Assembly (NCBI GenBank): GCA_020347645.1
Contig: CP070736.1
Location: 105,788 to 169,787 of the forward strand
Reading direction: 5' to 3'
Source of the DNA: Methanobacteriota archaeon
Lineage (GTDB): Archaea > Thermoplasmatota > Thermoplasmata > UBA10834
Length of the DNA: 64,000 bases
A program made the translations under genes and the position numbers. Shown piece by piece: positions 18,915 through 28,243 of this stretch; position 1 is the stretch's first letter, and every line of letters starts with the position of its first letter. Below the pieces are notes generated by a model, which saw only the letters and a list, made by a program, of their open reading frames with translations, made no database searches and had not been told where the DNA came from.

Positions 18915-18961
18915 CCCTGCATTCGCCAAACTGCAACTCGGAAGAGTTGGAGGAATAAGAC

Positions 18962-20098
18962 ATGCCGGAAAAGGTTACGGTATCCCTGATCAAGGCGGAT
19001 GTCGGGTCAGTAGCTGGGCATTCAAAACCGCATCCAAAGATGATGGAAGTCGCTGAGGGCTCCTTGGCGAAAGGTGTAGCGGACGGTCTGCTGGTCGATT
19101 ACTATGTCACGCGCTGCGGCGACGATATGGAACTGCTGATGACGCATAGGAACGGCGAGAACAACAAGGAGGTACACGAACTGGCCTGGAACACGTTCAT
19201 GGCGTCGGCTTCTGAGGCCAAGAAGATGAGGCTCTATGCTGCAGGTCAGGATCTCCTTACCGACGCGTTCTCTGGCAACGTCAGAGGCCAGGGTCCAGGC
19301 GCCGCGGAAATGGAGTTTGTGGAACGGCCGACCGAGCCAATGCTGGTGCTGATGGCGGACAAGTGCGGACCATCCGCATATTCGCTCCCGATATCGAAGA
19401 TATTCATGGATCCGTTCACTACCACAGGCCTTGTCATAGATCCGCGAGCACACCAAGGATACGATATAGAGGTGGTGGATGTTGTCGACCACAAGAAGGT
19501 CGTGATGAGTTCTCCCGCGGAGATGTATGATATTCTCGCTCTGTTGGGCGACACCACAAGATTCGCAGTCAAGAGAGTGATGCACAGAGATATCGGTGTC
19601 GGCGCGGTGGTTTCAACCGAGAAGCTCAACATGCTGGCTGGCAAGTATGTCGGCAAGGACGACCCCGTGATGCTGGTCAGATGCCAGTCTGGTCTTCCCG
19701 CCGTCGGTGAGGTGCTGCAGCCTTTCGCCTTTCCCCAGCTGGTCGCAGGATGGATGCGTGGTTCACACTACGGCGCTTGGTATCCGTGCAGCGTAGACGA
19801 ATCGGATCCGTCTTATCACGATGGACCGCCGAGGATATGCGCCCTTGGCATTCAGATAAGCAATGGCAGGATTCAGGGTCTGGAGAATCCAGGTGGAAAG
19901 CCGGGTATCCACAAGCCGGTGGATTACTTCGCCGGGTCTGAATGGGACCATGTAAGGAACGAGGCGATGAAGATATCCATCTACATGCGCGGACATGGAC
20001 CTTTTATGCCGGGAATAGTGTCGCCAGACGACCTCGAGTACACTACGAGACCTGAGATACTGAAGAAGCTGGAACCCAGGATGGAATCGTTGGATTGA
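18962..20098 (+). CDS. fbp: Bifunctional fructose-1,6-bisphosphate aldolase/phosphatase
   Basis: IKADVGSVAGH, GDD, YAAGQDLL.DAFSGNVRGQGPG, GKYVGKDDP (Schiff-base Lys), GWMRGSH. Confidence 0.96.
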   Translation: MPEKVTVSLIKADVGSVAGHSKPHPKMMEVAEGSLAKGVADGLLVDYYVTRCGDDMELLMTHRNGENNKEVHELAWNTFMASASEAKKMRLYAAGQDLLTDAFSGNVRGQGPGAAEMEFVERPTEPMLVLMADKCGPSAYSLPISKIFMDPFTTTGLVIDPRAHQGYDIEVVDVVDHKKVVMSSPAEMYDILALLGDTTRFAVKRVMHRDIGVGAVVSTEKLNMLAGKYVGKDDPVMLVRCQSGLPAVGEVLQPFAFPQLVAGWMRGSHYGAWYPCSVDESDPSYHDGPPRICALGIQISNGRIQGLENPGGKPGIHKPVDYFAGSEWDHVRNEAMKISIYMRGHGPFMPGIVSPDDLEYTTRPEILKKLEPRMESLD

Positions 20099-20793
20099 GG
20101 TCGATTCCCTTGACAGTCCTCAAGAGACCTGTGATTGTAGTCAACTTCAAGACATACATCGAAGCAAGCGGGCCCAAGGCAATCGCGCTCGCAAAGACGT
20201 GCGAATCTGTAGCAGGAGATACTGGCGTTCCTATCGCGGTCGCTCCTCCAATGGCAGATCTTGCTTCTGTTGCGCAAGCGGTCAAAATACCCGTCCTCTC
20301 TCAACACATGGACGATGTGAAGCCGGGAAGCACCACGGGCCATATCCCGCTCGAGAGCGTGGTCGGGTGCGGAGCAGTGGGCACCCTCCTCAACCATTCG
20401 GAGAGGAGGATGCGAATAGCCGACATCGGTAGCCTTGTGGGTAGATGCAAGGAATCAGGATTGTCCACGATAATCTGCACGAACGACATAGGCGTTACGA
20501 GGGCCTGCGCTTCGCTCGAGCCCGACTTCGTGGCAATAGAGCCCCCAGAGCTGATCGGCGGGGACGTGTCCGTTACGACTGCTAACCCGGCGATAGTGAA
20601 GGATTCCGTTGATGTCGCGCGGAAGGTGTGCCCGAATGTGGGAGTTCTCTGCGGCGCGGGCGTTAAGAACGGAGTCGATGTGGCCAAGGCCGCTGAGCTG
20701 GGTACGGATGGCGTGCTGCTCGCGAGCGGCGTAGCCAAGGCAAGCGACCAGAGGAAGGTGCTGCTCGACCTCGCCTCGGGTCTCGGAAAGTAA
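20095..20793 (+). CDS. tpiA: Triosephosphate isomerase (archaeal type)
   Basis: VNFKTY, LLNHSERR, AIEPPELIG, LCGAGV, GVLLASGV. Confidence 0.96.
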   Translation: MRSIPLTVLKRPVIVVNFKTYIEASGPKAIALAKTCESVAGDTGVPIAVAPPMADLASVAQAVKIPVLSQHMDDVKPGSTTGHIPLESVVGCGAVGTLLNHSERRMRIADIGSLVGRCKESGLSTIICTNDIGVTRACASLEPDFVAIEPPELIGGDVSVTTANPAIVKDSVDVARKVCPNVGVLCGAGVKNGVDVAKAAELGTDGVLLASGVAKASDQRKVLLDLASGLGK

Positions 20794-20849
20794 GGCGAAA
20801 GCTGCATGTAGTCACCCGCACTTTAGCGATTTGCCAAGCTGCCGTTGCG

Positions 20850-23000
20850 ATGACGCGTGCAGTATTATCATTTGCATCATCGACTCTTGCATCGTTTTTC
20901 GTTGCTAGCCTCGCACTAGCGGTCTCGACGTGGTCGGCGAATTCCCTTGTAGTTAGAGCGTTTGCCGAACCCATCTCGCCCTTGGTGCTCATCTCGGAGT
21001 TCTATGCGTGTGGAATGGCAGAGGACGAATACTTGGTCCTGAGCAGCAATTCAGATGAGGATATCGATCTGGCGAGATGGTCGATAACCGACGGCGAAGG
21101 CGCAGTCGTGTTCAGAAACAACACACTCCTTCGGTCCAAGGAGAAGGCCGTGATTTCGTTCAATTCCTCTTCGTATCAATCTGCGTTTGGGCGTCTTCCT
21201 GATTACTCAGTGGACGGGAGAAATCAGGTCAACCAGGTTGATGTTCTCGGATCTTTCCGGCTCGCAGATGATGGCGATTCAATCGCATTACTCGACGCTC
21301 ACGGCATCGAGGTGGATTGCGTTCTCTATGGAGATGGAGCGCACGCCTCCGAAGGCTGGACCGGTCCTGCGCTGGAAGGTCCGAGGCGGGGCGAAGTGCT
21401 GCGGCGAACACCCAATTCCACGGATACGGATACGGCCTTAGACTGGCACCATTTCCGCGAGTTCAAATACGGGTATTCTGAGCATCGCGCGATAACCTGC
21501 AGAGTCGGCGCAGGCAACCTGAGCGCGTTCGTCAGTCCAGACTGCTCCCTCGACGCCGTTGTGGAATGGGTCGCATCAGCCAAGGAATCGATAAGATTGT
21601 GCGCATACGAGTTCGATTCCTTGAGAATCTTCGAGACGTTGTCCGAGGCAGTCGGTCGCGGTGTCGAAGTCAATCTGCTGCTCGAAGGCAACCCAGTCGG
21701 AGGCATGTCCTGTGAAGAGTCATCGATGCTTTCCGCTCTGACTCTCGCCGGCGCTGAAGTAACTGTAGTCAAGGGCGACCTGCGTGAGGGGGTCGTAAAA
21801 CACATATCAGCACTGCATTCGAAGTTCGTCGTCCTTGACGACGACGGATTGATTGTGACTTCTGAAAATTTCGTCGAGGACGGGTTGCCATCGGACAAGG
21901 TCTTTGGAAATAGAGGATGGGGCATTGCCGTTCGGAGCACTGTGCTCGCGCAGTACATGGCTTCCGTATTCGATGATGATTCACGGCCAAGCCGTCCCGA
22001 CGCTGTCAGCTGGTGGGATGATGATCGCTTCAACGAGAGCTATGAACTGCCACCCACATCGTCTCATCAGCACGAAGAGGGAATGCTCGATTTGCTAGTC
22101 TCGTGCAACGAAGCGGAGGTAACACTATTCGTTTCCCCCGACTGCTCGCCAAATGCGCCGTTTCTCTGTGGGTTCTTGGATCTGGCGTCAGAGATATTGG
22201 TGCAGCAGTTGCAGGTGGATCTGCTCTGGGAAACGAGATGGTCCGACTATGAGGTGCTCAACCCTCTCCTGCAGCACCTGCTCGGGCGGCTGCGTGCAGG
22301 CTCATCGTGCAGGATGCTGCTCGATTCGTGCTGGTTCAACCTGGACAGGAACGGCGAGGTGGTTCGTACGTTGACAGCCGCAGCGACGGTCGAATCGCTG
22401 AGGGGGGCCTTCATGATGATGAACGAGCGGTCTCCAATATCTGTGATGCACAACAAAGGGGTGCTCTTAGACAACATGTGGTCCGTCGTGTCGAGCAACA
22501 ACTGGGTTCTTCCGTCCTTCGCCAAGAACCGCGAGCTCGCCGCAATCGTACGCTCATCTGAGGTAGCACATTACTTCAAGGGAGCTTTCGAGCTGGATTG
22601 GCTGCCGGACATATCGCCCCCTGTTTTGGTCGCCCCTGTCGACTTCAGCGTCTCCTGCGGCGAGTGGTTCGGCGTTTCGTCTTGCTGCTTCCACGATGAT
22701 AGGTTGATAGCAGGGCGTTCATGGGACGTTGGGTGTGACGGCGTTGTGGATGCCAGAACCGAAGAGATATCGCTCTTCGGAGGAGTTCCGGGGGCAGTAA
22801 AGATAGGGCTCACAGTCGTCGATTCGTGGGGCAACGAAGCCAGCACAGTCATTGTGGTGCGCGTTGTCGCCTCGCCGTCTCTCATCACGGAGAACCCGCC
22901 ACCTGCATCCCGTCCTGAAGGAGCTACGGTGATTGCAGCGGCCTTGGTCGGATATGCTGCGTTGAGATCTTTTCGCAATCGCACCAAGAAGAATCGCTAA
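20850..23000 (+). CDS. Secreted/membrane-anchored phospholipase D-superfamily protein with lamin-tail-like N domain
   Basis: Signal peptide; VLISEFY...DEYLVL...LADDGDSIAL; two HKD motifs (HSKFVVLD, HNKGVLLD); PKD-like segment; C-terminal TM plus basic tail. Confidence 0.85.
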   Translation: MTRAVLSFASSTLASFFVASLALAVSTWSANSLVVRAFAEPISPLVLISEFYACGMAEDEYLVLSSNSDEDIDLARWSITDGEGAVVFRNNTLLRSKEKAVISFNSSSYQSAFGRLPDYSVDGRNQVNQVDVLGSFRLADDGDSIALLDAHGIEVDCVLYGDGAHASEGWTGPALEGPRRGEVLRRTPNSTDTDTALDWHHFREFKYGYSEHRAITCRVGAGNLSAFVSPDCSLDAVVEWVASAKESIRLCAYEFDSLRIFETLSEAVGRGVEVNLLLEGNPVGGMSCEESSMLSALTLAGAEVTVVKGDLREGVVKHISALHSKFVVLDDDGLIVTSENFVEDGLPSDKVFGNRGWGIAVRSTVLAQYMASVFDDDSRPSRPDAVSWWDDDRFNESYELPPTSSHQHEEGMLDLLVSCNEAEVTLFVSPDCSPNAPFLCGFLDLASEILVQQLQVDLLWETRWSDYEVLNPLLQHLLGRLRAGSSCRMLLDSCWFNLDRNGEVVRTLTAAATVESLRGAFMMMNERSPISVMHNKGVLLDNMWSVVSSNNWVLPSFAKNRELAAIVRSSEVAHYFKGAFELDWLPDISPPVLVAPVDFSVSCGEWFGVSSCCFHDDRLIAGRSWDVGCDGVVDARTEEISLFGGVPGAVKIGLTVVDSWGNEASTVIVVRVVASPSLITENPPPASRPEGATVIAAALVGYAALRSFRNRTKKNR

Positions 23001-23042
23001 CCTAGGAAGGTTAATGACTCCGTTCATGATTCCATCAGGTCG

Positions 23043-23483
23043 ATGATCATACGTCAGTTCTCCCCGCCCGATCTACGTTCGGTCATGGAAATCGTGAAGA
23101 CGTCCCTGAGCGAGACATATCCTCCTTCCCTATATCTCACGCTCCATAACATCTGGGGGGATGGCTTCATGGTGGTGGAGGACGGTGGCAGGATCGTTGC
23201 ATTCGTCGCTGCGGTCGAGTCCGAGAGGCACATCGCCCGCGTGCTGATGCTCGCCGTGCTGCGAGAATACAGGGGCAGATCGCTCGGCTCCATGCTGATG
23301 AAGGAGCTCTATACAAGGTGTGTGTCCAACGGCATTCACACGGTAAAGCTCGAAGTGAGGAAGAGCAACAAAGTCGCAATGACGTTCTATGAAGGACAGG
23401 GGTTTTCAGTCACTGGTGAATTGAAGAATTTCTATATCGACGGAGAGGGCGCCTTCGTAATGACGAAAATTCTTGAAAGCTAG
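23043..23483 (+). CDS. rimI: GNAT N-acetyltransferase (RimI/Ard1-like)
   Basis: LAV..EYRGRSLGS, LEVRKSN..A..FY...GF, FYIDGEGA. Confidence 0.85.
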   Translation: MIIRQFSPPDLRSVMEIVKTSLSETYPPSLYLTLHNIWGDGFMVVEDGGRIVAFVAAVESERHIARVLMLAVLREYRGRSLGSMLMKELYTRCVSNGIHTVKLEVRKSNKVAMTFYEGQGFSVTGELKNFYIDGEGAFVMTKILES

Positions 23484-23493
23484 CTCTTGCGTC

Positions 23494-25020
23494 CTACCTG
23501 TATCCTGTTTTGTCATCGTGGACGTGAACGTTCCAATAATGGTATGGCGAGCTTTCCCTCTCGGAAGTAGTCATGTCCTTTGCAACACCACCCATGTAGC
23601 TGCCGTAACGCTCTCTTATCTGCTCCTCGACCGGACGTGCGCGTTTCAGTGCGTCTTTGATGTGTTTTCCCTCGATATACTTGGTCTCCTCGCAGATTGC
23701 TATGTCTCCCGCTGCCCGGATCAGTCCGCCGAGCTCCCGCAGCCTCAGGGTGAGAGACCTGTCGCTGTTGTCCATGATCTTCGCGCGCTTGCGAGCCTCT
23801 TCTACAATGATCTCTATGGCTTCTCTCGTCGCCGGCGGAATCTTGCCATCCATGGCTATCTCCTGCGCAGCGAATTGGGCGACCTTAGCCCGGTTCTCGT
23901 CGTTGTCAGGCATCACGGTCTCAACCAGAACCTCGTACCCTCCGCCGTTTATCCTCGAACGCAGAGGGGATAGTATGTGCTTCAGATCCTGTATGTTGCA
24001 TGCGCCTACGAAAATGAAGTCGCAGGGGACGTTCTCGACGCGCACGCTTGCTCCAGCGCTCTGAGGGTTGCGTCCGGTGATGGGGAAACGCTTCTCCTGC
24101 ATTCCCGTAAGTATGAACCTTTGAAGGTGTCCAAGATGGGGGAGCTCGTCTACGAAAAGTACTCCCTGGTGAGCGCTGTGAATCGCGCCTGCGACGACCC
24201 GGTCATAAGGTTGCGTGCCCAGCTGCGGATGCCCTCCGTACGGATCGTGCCTGACATCCCCGAGAAGTTCTGTCTCGCTGGCTCCGGTGGCAAGGATAAA
24301 CGGGTTGCGGTCGATGGGCACAATCACCTTCCGAGGAGACATCTTCTCGAGGTTCCTTCGGTTCTCCAGCGCTTGCTGGTCTAGCACCTTTATCATTTCG
24401 CCGGCGCGCTCGAAGACAACGACCTCTTCCTTGCCAAAGCGCTTCCTTGTGGTCGTCACCCTGTCCCTTCCAGCCATGTTGCCCATGGTGACCTCGACTA
24501 AGCCTCCTATGAGATCGCCGAAAGGGTTGTTCGTTGTTGGTTTTCCGTAAGATGCCTTCGAGTGCGAGCACTTGGAGCAGAAGGCCTCCCTGGGAGATGA
24601 GTACGAACCACAGTTCGAACAACGGTATCCAAGGCGTTCGGCTACGTTGACAGGGGCTTCCATAGGATCGATGAATTCGCCCTCAGCGAACCCCTTCGAC
24701 TCTGCCTCCTTCTCCACGTCATCGCCCTTCTTGACCTCCACCATCGGCCTCTCGGGGTTTTCTGGGTTGTGGACAACCCTGATCTCCTCCGTGGGACGGT
24801 GGAGGTGTAGCGATAGAGCCTGCGCTATCATCGATTTGCCGGTGCCTGGTGGACCTACGAGCAGAAAGTGTCTTCTCTGCCCCGCTGCTATCCTCGCAAG
24901 CCTTACCGCCTCGTCCTGTCCAATGACGCGGTCGAGCGGGTCGGAGGATATCTTGATGTCCTCCGTGGTCTCGAATGAGTCCAGCAATCTGGAGTCGGCC
25001 TCCGCTTCTTCTTCCTTCAT
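23494..25020 (-). CDS. LonB-like AAA+ ATPase lacking the protease domain and TM insert
   Basis: DPLDRVIGQDEA, GPPGTGKS, LLGDVRHDPYGGHP, GVLFVDE, LRSRI, RLRELGGLIR; the ORF ends before any Ser-Lys dyad domain. Confidence 0.85.
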   Translation of the reverse strand: MKEEEAEADSRLLDSFETTEDIKISSDPLDRVIGQDEAVRLARIAAGQRRHFLLVGPPGTGKSMIAQALSLHLHRPTEEIRVVHNPENPERPMVEVKKGDDVEKEAESKGFAEGEFIDPMEAPVNVAERLGYRCSNCGSYSSPREAFCSKCSHSKASYGKPTTNNPFGDLIGGLVEVTMGNMAGRDRVTTTRKRFGKEEVVVFERAGEMIKVLDQQALENRRNLEKMSPRKVIVPIDRNPFILATGASETELLGDVRHDPYGGHPQLGTQPYDRVVAGAIHSAHQGVLFVDELPHLGHLQRFILTGMQEKRFPITGRNPQSAGASVRVENVPCDFIFVGACNIQDLKHILSPLRSRINGGGYEVLVETVMPDNDENRAKVAQFAAQEIAMDGKIPPATREAIEIIVEEARKRAKIMDNSDRSLTLRLRELGGLIRAAGDIAICEETKYIEGKHIKDALKRARPVEEQIRERYGSYMGGVAKDMTTSERESSPYHYWNVHVHDDKTGYR

Positions 25021-25033
25021 GTCGCCCCACGAT

Positions 25034-26281
25034 TCAGGTAAGGTCTTCCTTGGTCAGCACGGTAACGCTTGTCGGAAGTTTGGCTACGTTGCCCATCTTG
25101 ACGCCCACTACCGTGCTGATATCCTTTTCTACGGCCAGGTCGAGGACTCTCTGCGTTATGATTCCGTCGAGCACAAGAGACTTCACTCGCTTGGATTCCT
25201 CCTTGAGGGTTTCCGCCAGCTTTGCCACTTGGACTTCCTTGAACGGTTTTCCTCCTTCGTCCAGCAACCTTGCCTTCGAGGTGGTGTTCAATTCAGACAG
25301 GACGCCCTTAAGCTGTGACTGCTCGATTGACAGCTTCTTGCCGGTGTCCCCGAAGCTGTCCTTTCCTCGGGTGTCCCGCCTCCTGCCACGGTCTCCATGG
25401 TGACTTCTGTTCTTGTCGTTTTTTGCACCATTTCTGTAGTTGCCTGGTGTGAGGTTGAACATTTCTGCAAATTGGTCCGCAGGTATCTTGTTCCTGAGGC
25501 ACTTGACAATCTGCTTCTGCGTCAGCTCCTCCACTTCCTGGCTCGAAGGTGCCTTGGCGATGAAGTCAATCTCGCTAACCTGCATAAGCTCTCTAACGAT
25601 TAGCTCGCCGCCTCTGTCACCATCGACGAAGGCGGTCACTACCTTCTCCTTTGCGAGGTCAATGATCGTCCTGGGGATATTCGTTCCCTCCACAGCTATG
25701 GCGTTCTTTATGCCGTATTTCAGAAGGTTCAACACGTCCGACCGTCCCTCGACGACTATGATCGCATCCGATTCACCTATGTTGGGTCCCGCAGGAAGTC
25801 GCTCCCTTCCGTAGTGTACGACTTCCTCCATCTGGAATGTCTGGCGAACGGAATCCGTGAGGTCGCCTCCGCTGGTCTTCGAGGTCTTCATCAGCTCTGT
25901 CAGGAGCTGTTTCGCCCGTTCGACGATCTTGTTGCGTTTCGCCACCCTAACATCCTCCACCTTGTCGATGGATATCTTCGCTTTGCAGGGTCCGACCCTG
26001 TCGATGGTTTCCAAAGACGATGCGAGTATGGCTGTCTCCACCTGGTCCAGGCTAGAAGGAACGAATATGGTTCCCTCGGACTTGCCCTTGTTGGAGGAGA
26101 CTTCCACCTCGATTCTGCCTATTCTTCCGCTCTTCTGCAGGTCTCTGAGGTCAAGCTCCTCACCGAGCAACCCCTCAGTCTGACCGAAAATTGCCCCGAC
26201 GATGTCGGGTTTCTCGACAATCCCGTCAGTCGATAGTTTCGCCTGAATCAGGTATTTCGTTGTGCTTGGATCTATGTCCAT
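25034..26281 (-). CDS. dnaG: Archaeal DnaG (TOPRIM, exosome-associated)
   Basis: VEKPDIVGAIFGQTEGLLG, GRIGRI, IIVVEGRSDVLNLL, FVDGDRGG. Confidence 0.96.
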   Translation of the reverse strand: MDIDPSTTKYLIQAKLSTDGIVEKPDIVGAIFGQTEGLLGEELDLRDLQKSGRIGRIEVEVSSNKGKSEGTIFVPSSLDQVETAILASSLETIDRVGPCKAKISIDKVEDVRVAKRNKIVERAKQLLTELMKTSKTSGGDLTDSVRQTFQMEEVVHYGRERLPAGPNIGESDAIIVVEGRSDVLNLLKYGIKNAIAVEGTNIPRTIIDLAKEKVVTAFVDGDRGGELIVRELMQVSEIDFIAKAPSSQEVEELTQKQIVKCLRNKIPADQFAEMFNLTPGNYRNGAKNDKNRSHHGDRGRRRDTRGKDSFGDTGKKLSIEQSQLKGVLSELNTTSKARLLDEGGKPFKEVQVAKLAETLKEESKRVKSLVLDGIITQRVLDLAVEKDISTVVGVKMGNVAKLPTSVTVLTKEDLT

Positions 26282-26560
26282 ATGTTTCGCCTCTTCAGCG
26301 AAGAACTGCTTCAACTTGCCTTACCGCTTATCAGCTCAGGCTGATTCATTTCAGCTTTTATTGCGAAATTGAGTTTGACAAACGTCCTGCGGGCCTTCGT
26401 CGGTAATATCCAGCTGTTCCGGTCCCGCTGATGACATTGATCGTGATTTCGGCAATGTGAGGCTAAGCGCCGTTCTTCGGATACTACTAACACGCCCTCT
26501 GATAAATAGTTTTGCATCTATCCAATAATAATTAGGTCAGACGCGCCAGCACATTCCGTC

Positions 26561-26770
26561 CTATCCCCCCGACACAACCGATATCAGCTTGACCTCGTCG
26601 CCATCTTCGAGCTTTCGGTCTGTTGGCACAGGCTCGCCCTCGCGAGTCGCTATCCAGCTGTCGGGAAGCAGTCCGAGGGTTCTGATAAGCGCATCCACGG
26701 TCGCGCCATTCTCCAATTCGATGGTTCTGGTTTCCCTTTTGACGGAGTGCAGGTGAACGGTCACTATCAT
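26561..26770 (-). CDS. MoaD/ThiS family ubiquitin-like protein (SAMP)
   Basis: 69 aa beta-grasp ending LEDGDEVKLISVVSGG-stop; GAGGTG RBS. Confidence 0.9.
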   Translation of the reverse strand: MIVTVHLHSVKRETRTIELENGATVDALIRTLGLLPDSWIATREGEPVPTDRKLEDGDEVKLISVVSGG

Positions 26771-26849
26771 GCCTATCACCTCTTGATGTATGCACAGCGA
26801 GCTAAAACGCCTTTCTGCCGACTCGGGATGCCATAACCCTTCAAATCGT

Positions 26850-26889
26850 GTCAAGTAGATGTCCTGATTGAAAACGACATATACTTGAC
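26850..26889. promoter_or_regulatory. 14-bp inverted repeat between the divergent SAMP and tRNA-Ser genes
   Basis: GTCAAGTAGATGTC-N12-GACATATACTTGAC, 13/14 match. Confidence 0.5.
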
Positions 26890-26917
26890 CGATGATGCAT
26901 GGGCGTCGTTCAGGGAT

Positions 26918-27007
26918 GCCGAGGTAGCTAAGCCCGGTTTAAGGCGGTAGCCTCGAGAGCTACTGGTGCTCGTCACCACGGGAGTTCGAATCTCCCCCTC
27001 GGCGCCA
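26918..27007 (+). tRNA. tRNA-Ser(CGA), CCA encoded
   Basis: Acceptor GCCGAGG/CCTCGGC, anticodon arm GTAGC-CTCGAGA-GCTAC, long variable arm, GTTCGAATC T-loop, ends GCCA. Confidence 0.96.
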
Positions 27008-27048
27008 CTGCTGCATGCCCGGCGCGCGCTTTGTGGAGCGGATGACGC

Positions 27049-28209
27049 TTGGATAGATACAGGGAGGTCGTGGTCTACATCGCAGGTTTCACGGGCCCTC
27101 TAGCGGGCAACATGGTGCTCGCACTTCTGGGCACATTGGGCTCTGAATGGAATGTAGAGTCGGTGGATGTTCTGCTCTCCATTCCTGCCTTCATGTTTCC
27201 ATTCGCCTTGGTGCAATTAGTTTCGGGAGCGATCTCGAATGCCTATGATCGCCGTTCCACAGTCTTGCTGGGGCTGTCGGTCTACGCCATTGGCACAGTG
27301 CTGGCGTCAGCGTCTGGTTCGCTGGAGTTTTTCATAGGGGCACGCGTCGTTCAAGGCTTGGGCTACGCATTCGTCAATCCCATACTGGTTGCGATGCTAT
27401 CTGATATCGCAGGACCCAATAGGCAGGGACAGGTTATGGGGTATTTCGGAAGTTCCACGACGGCGGGTGTATCCGTCGGCCCGCTTCTGGGTGGCGCCTT
27501 CGCTGACATCAACTGGAGGTTCGCGTTCCTGACGGTCACTGCCTTGAGCATAGCCATGATTGCTCTGGTCTGGTTCCTCTTCAGAGGCGAGAGGCGCGGA
27601 GACAGGAGACTCTCTCTTTCCGCGGTGTTTTCGGACATCTCGGGTGCGGTGAGACACCGGAGGATATCCCGCCTCTCCGCATCGGGGTTCCTTGCGTTCA
27701 TGGCGTTCGCCGGCGTGATTTCATTCGTAGCCGAGTACATGGAAACGGGACCTCTCGCCTTGGGTCCCGAAGAGGTAGGGATCGCCCTGTCCGTATCTGG
27801 CTTCGTTGGCATCTTCGTAGCACCTCTCGCTGGTAGATTGGTGGACAGAAGAGGCGCCATATGCTGTGTCACGGTCGGCTTTCTTACAAGCGCCATCGGC
27901 GCATTCGCACTTTCTTTCGCGGACGAATATCTGCACTTCCTGGTGCTCCTCCTGATAACTGGCTCAGGAGGCGCGTTCATCTGGGCCTCTCTCCTCACGA
28001 TGGTCGTTGCTGTCCCTCCATCAATGAAGAACACATCCTCATCGGTCTTCAACAGCTCAAGGTTTCTTGGGTACGCGATTTCTCCGCTCGTGTTCGCGCC
28101 AATCTACCTGGCAACGGGTTTCGACCAGCTGATGATTCTGTGTGCTAGCATCGGACTCGTAGCCCTATTGCTCGTGTTCCTTTCCAGGGACGGACCAAAG
28201 GAGGAGTAG
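27049..28209 (+). CDS. MFS transporter
   Basis: About 12 TM; GAISNAYDRR, ARVVQGLG, GPLLGG, WRFAF, GRLVDRRG. Confidence 0.92.
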   Translation: MDRYREVVVYIAGFTGPLAGNMVLALLGTLGSEWNVESVDVLLSIPAFMFPFALVQLVSGAISNAYDRRSTVLLGLSVYAIGTVLASASGSLEFFIGARVVQGLGYAFVNPILVAMLSDIAGPNRQGQVMGYFGSSTTAGVSVGPLLGGAFADINWRFAFLTVTALSIAMIALVWFLFRGERRGDRRLSLSAVFSDISGAVRHRRISRLSASGFLAFMAFAGVISFVAEYMETGPLALGPEEVGIALSVSGFVGIFVAPLAGRLVDRRGAICCVTVGFLTSAIGAFALSFADEYLHFLVLLLITGSGGAFIWASLLTMVVAVPPSMKNTSSSVFNSSRFLGYAISPLVFAPIYLATGFDQLMILCASIGLVALLLVFLSRDGPKEE

Positions 28210-28243
28210 TGTTAACTACGCGCGTTCCCATTCCGCCTCGCCT

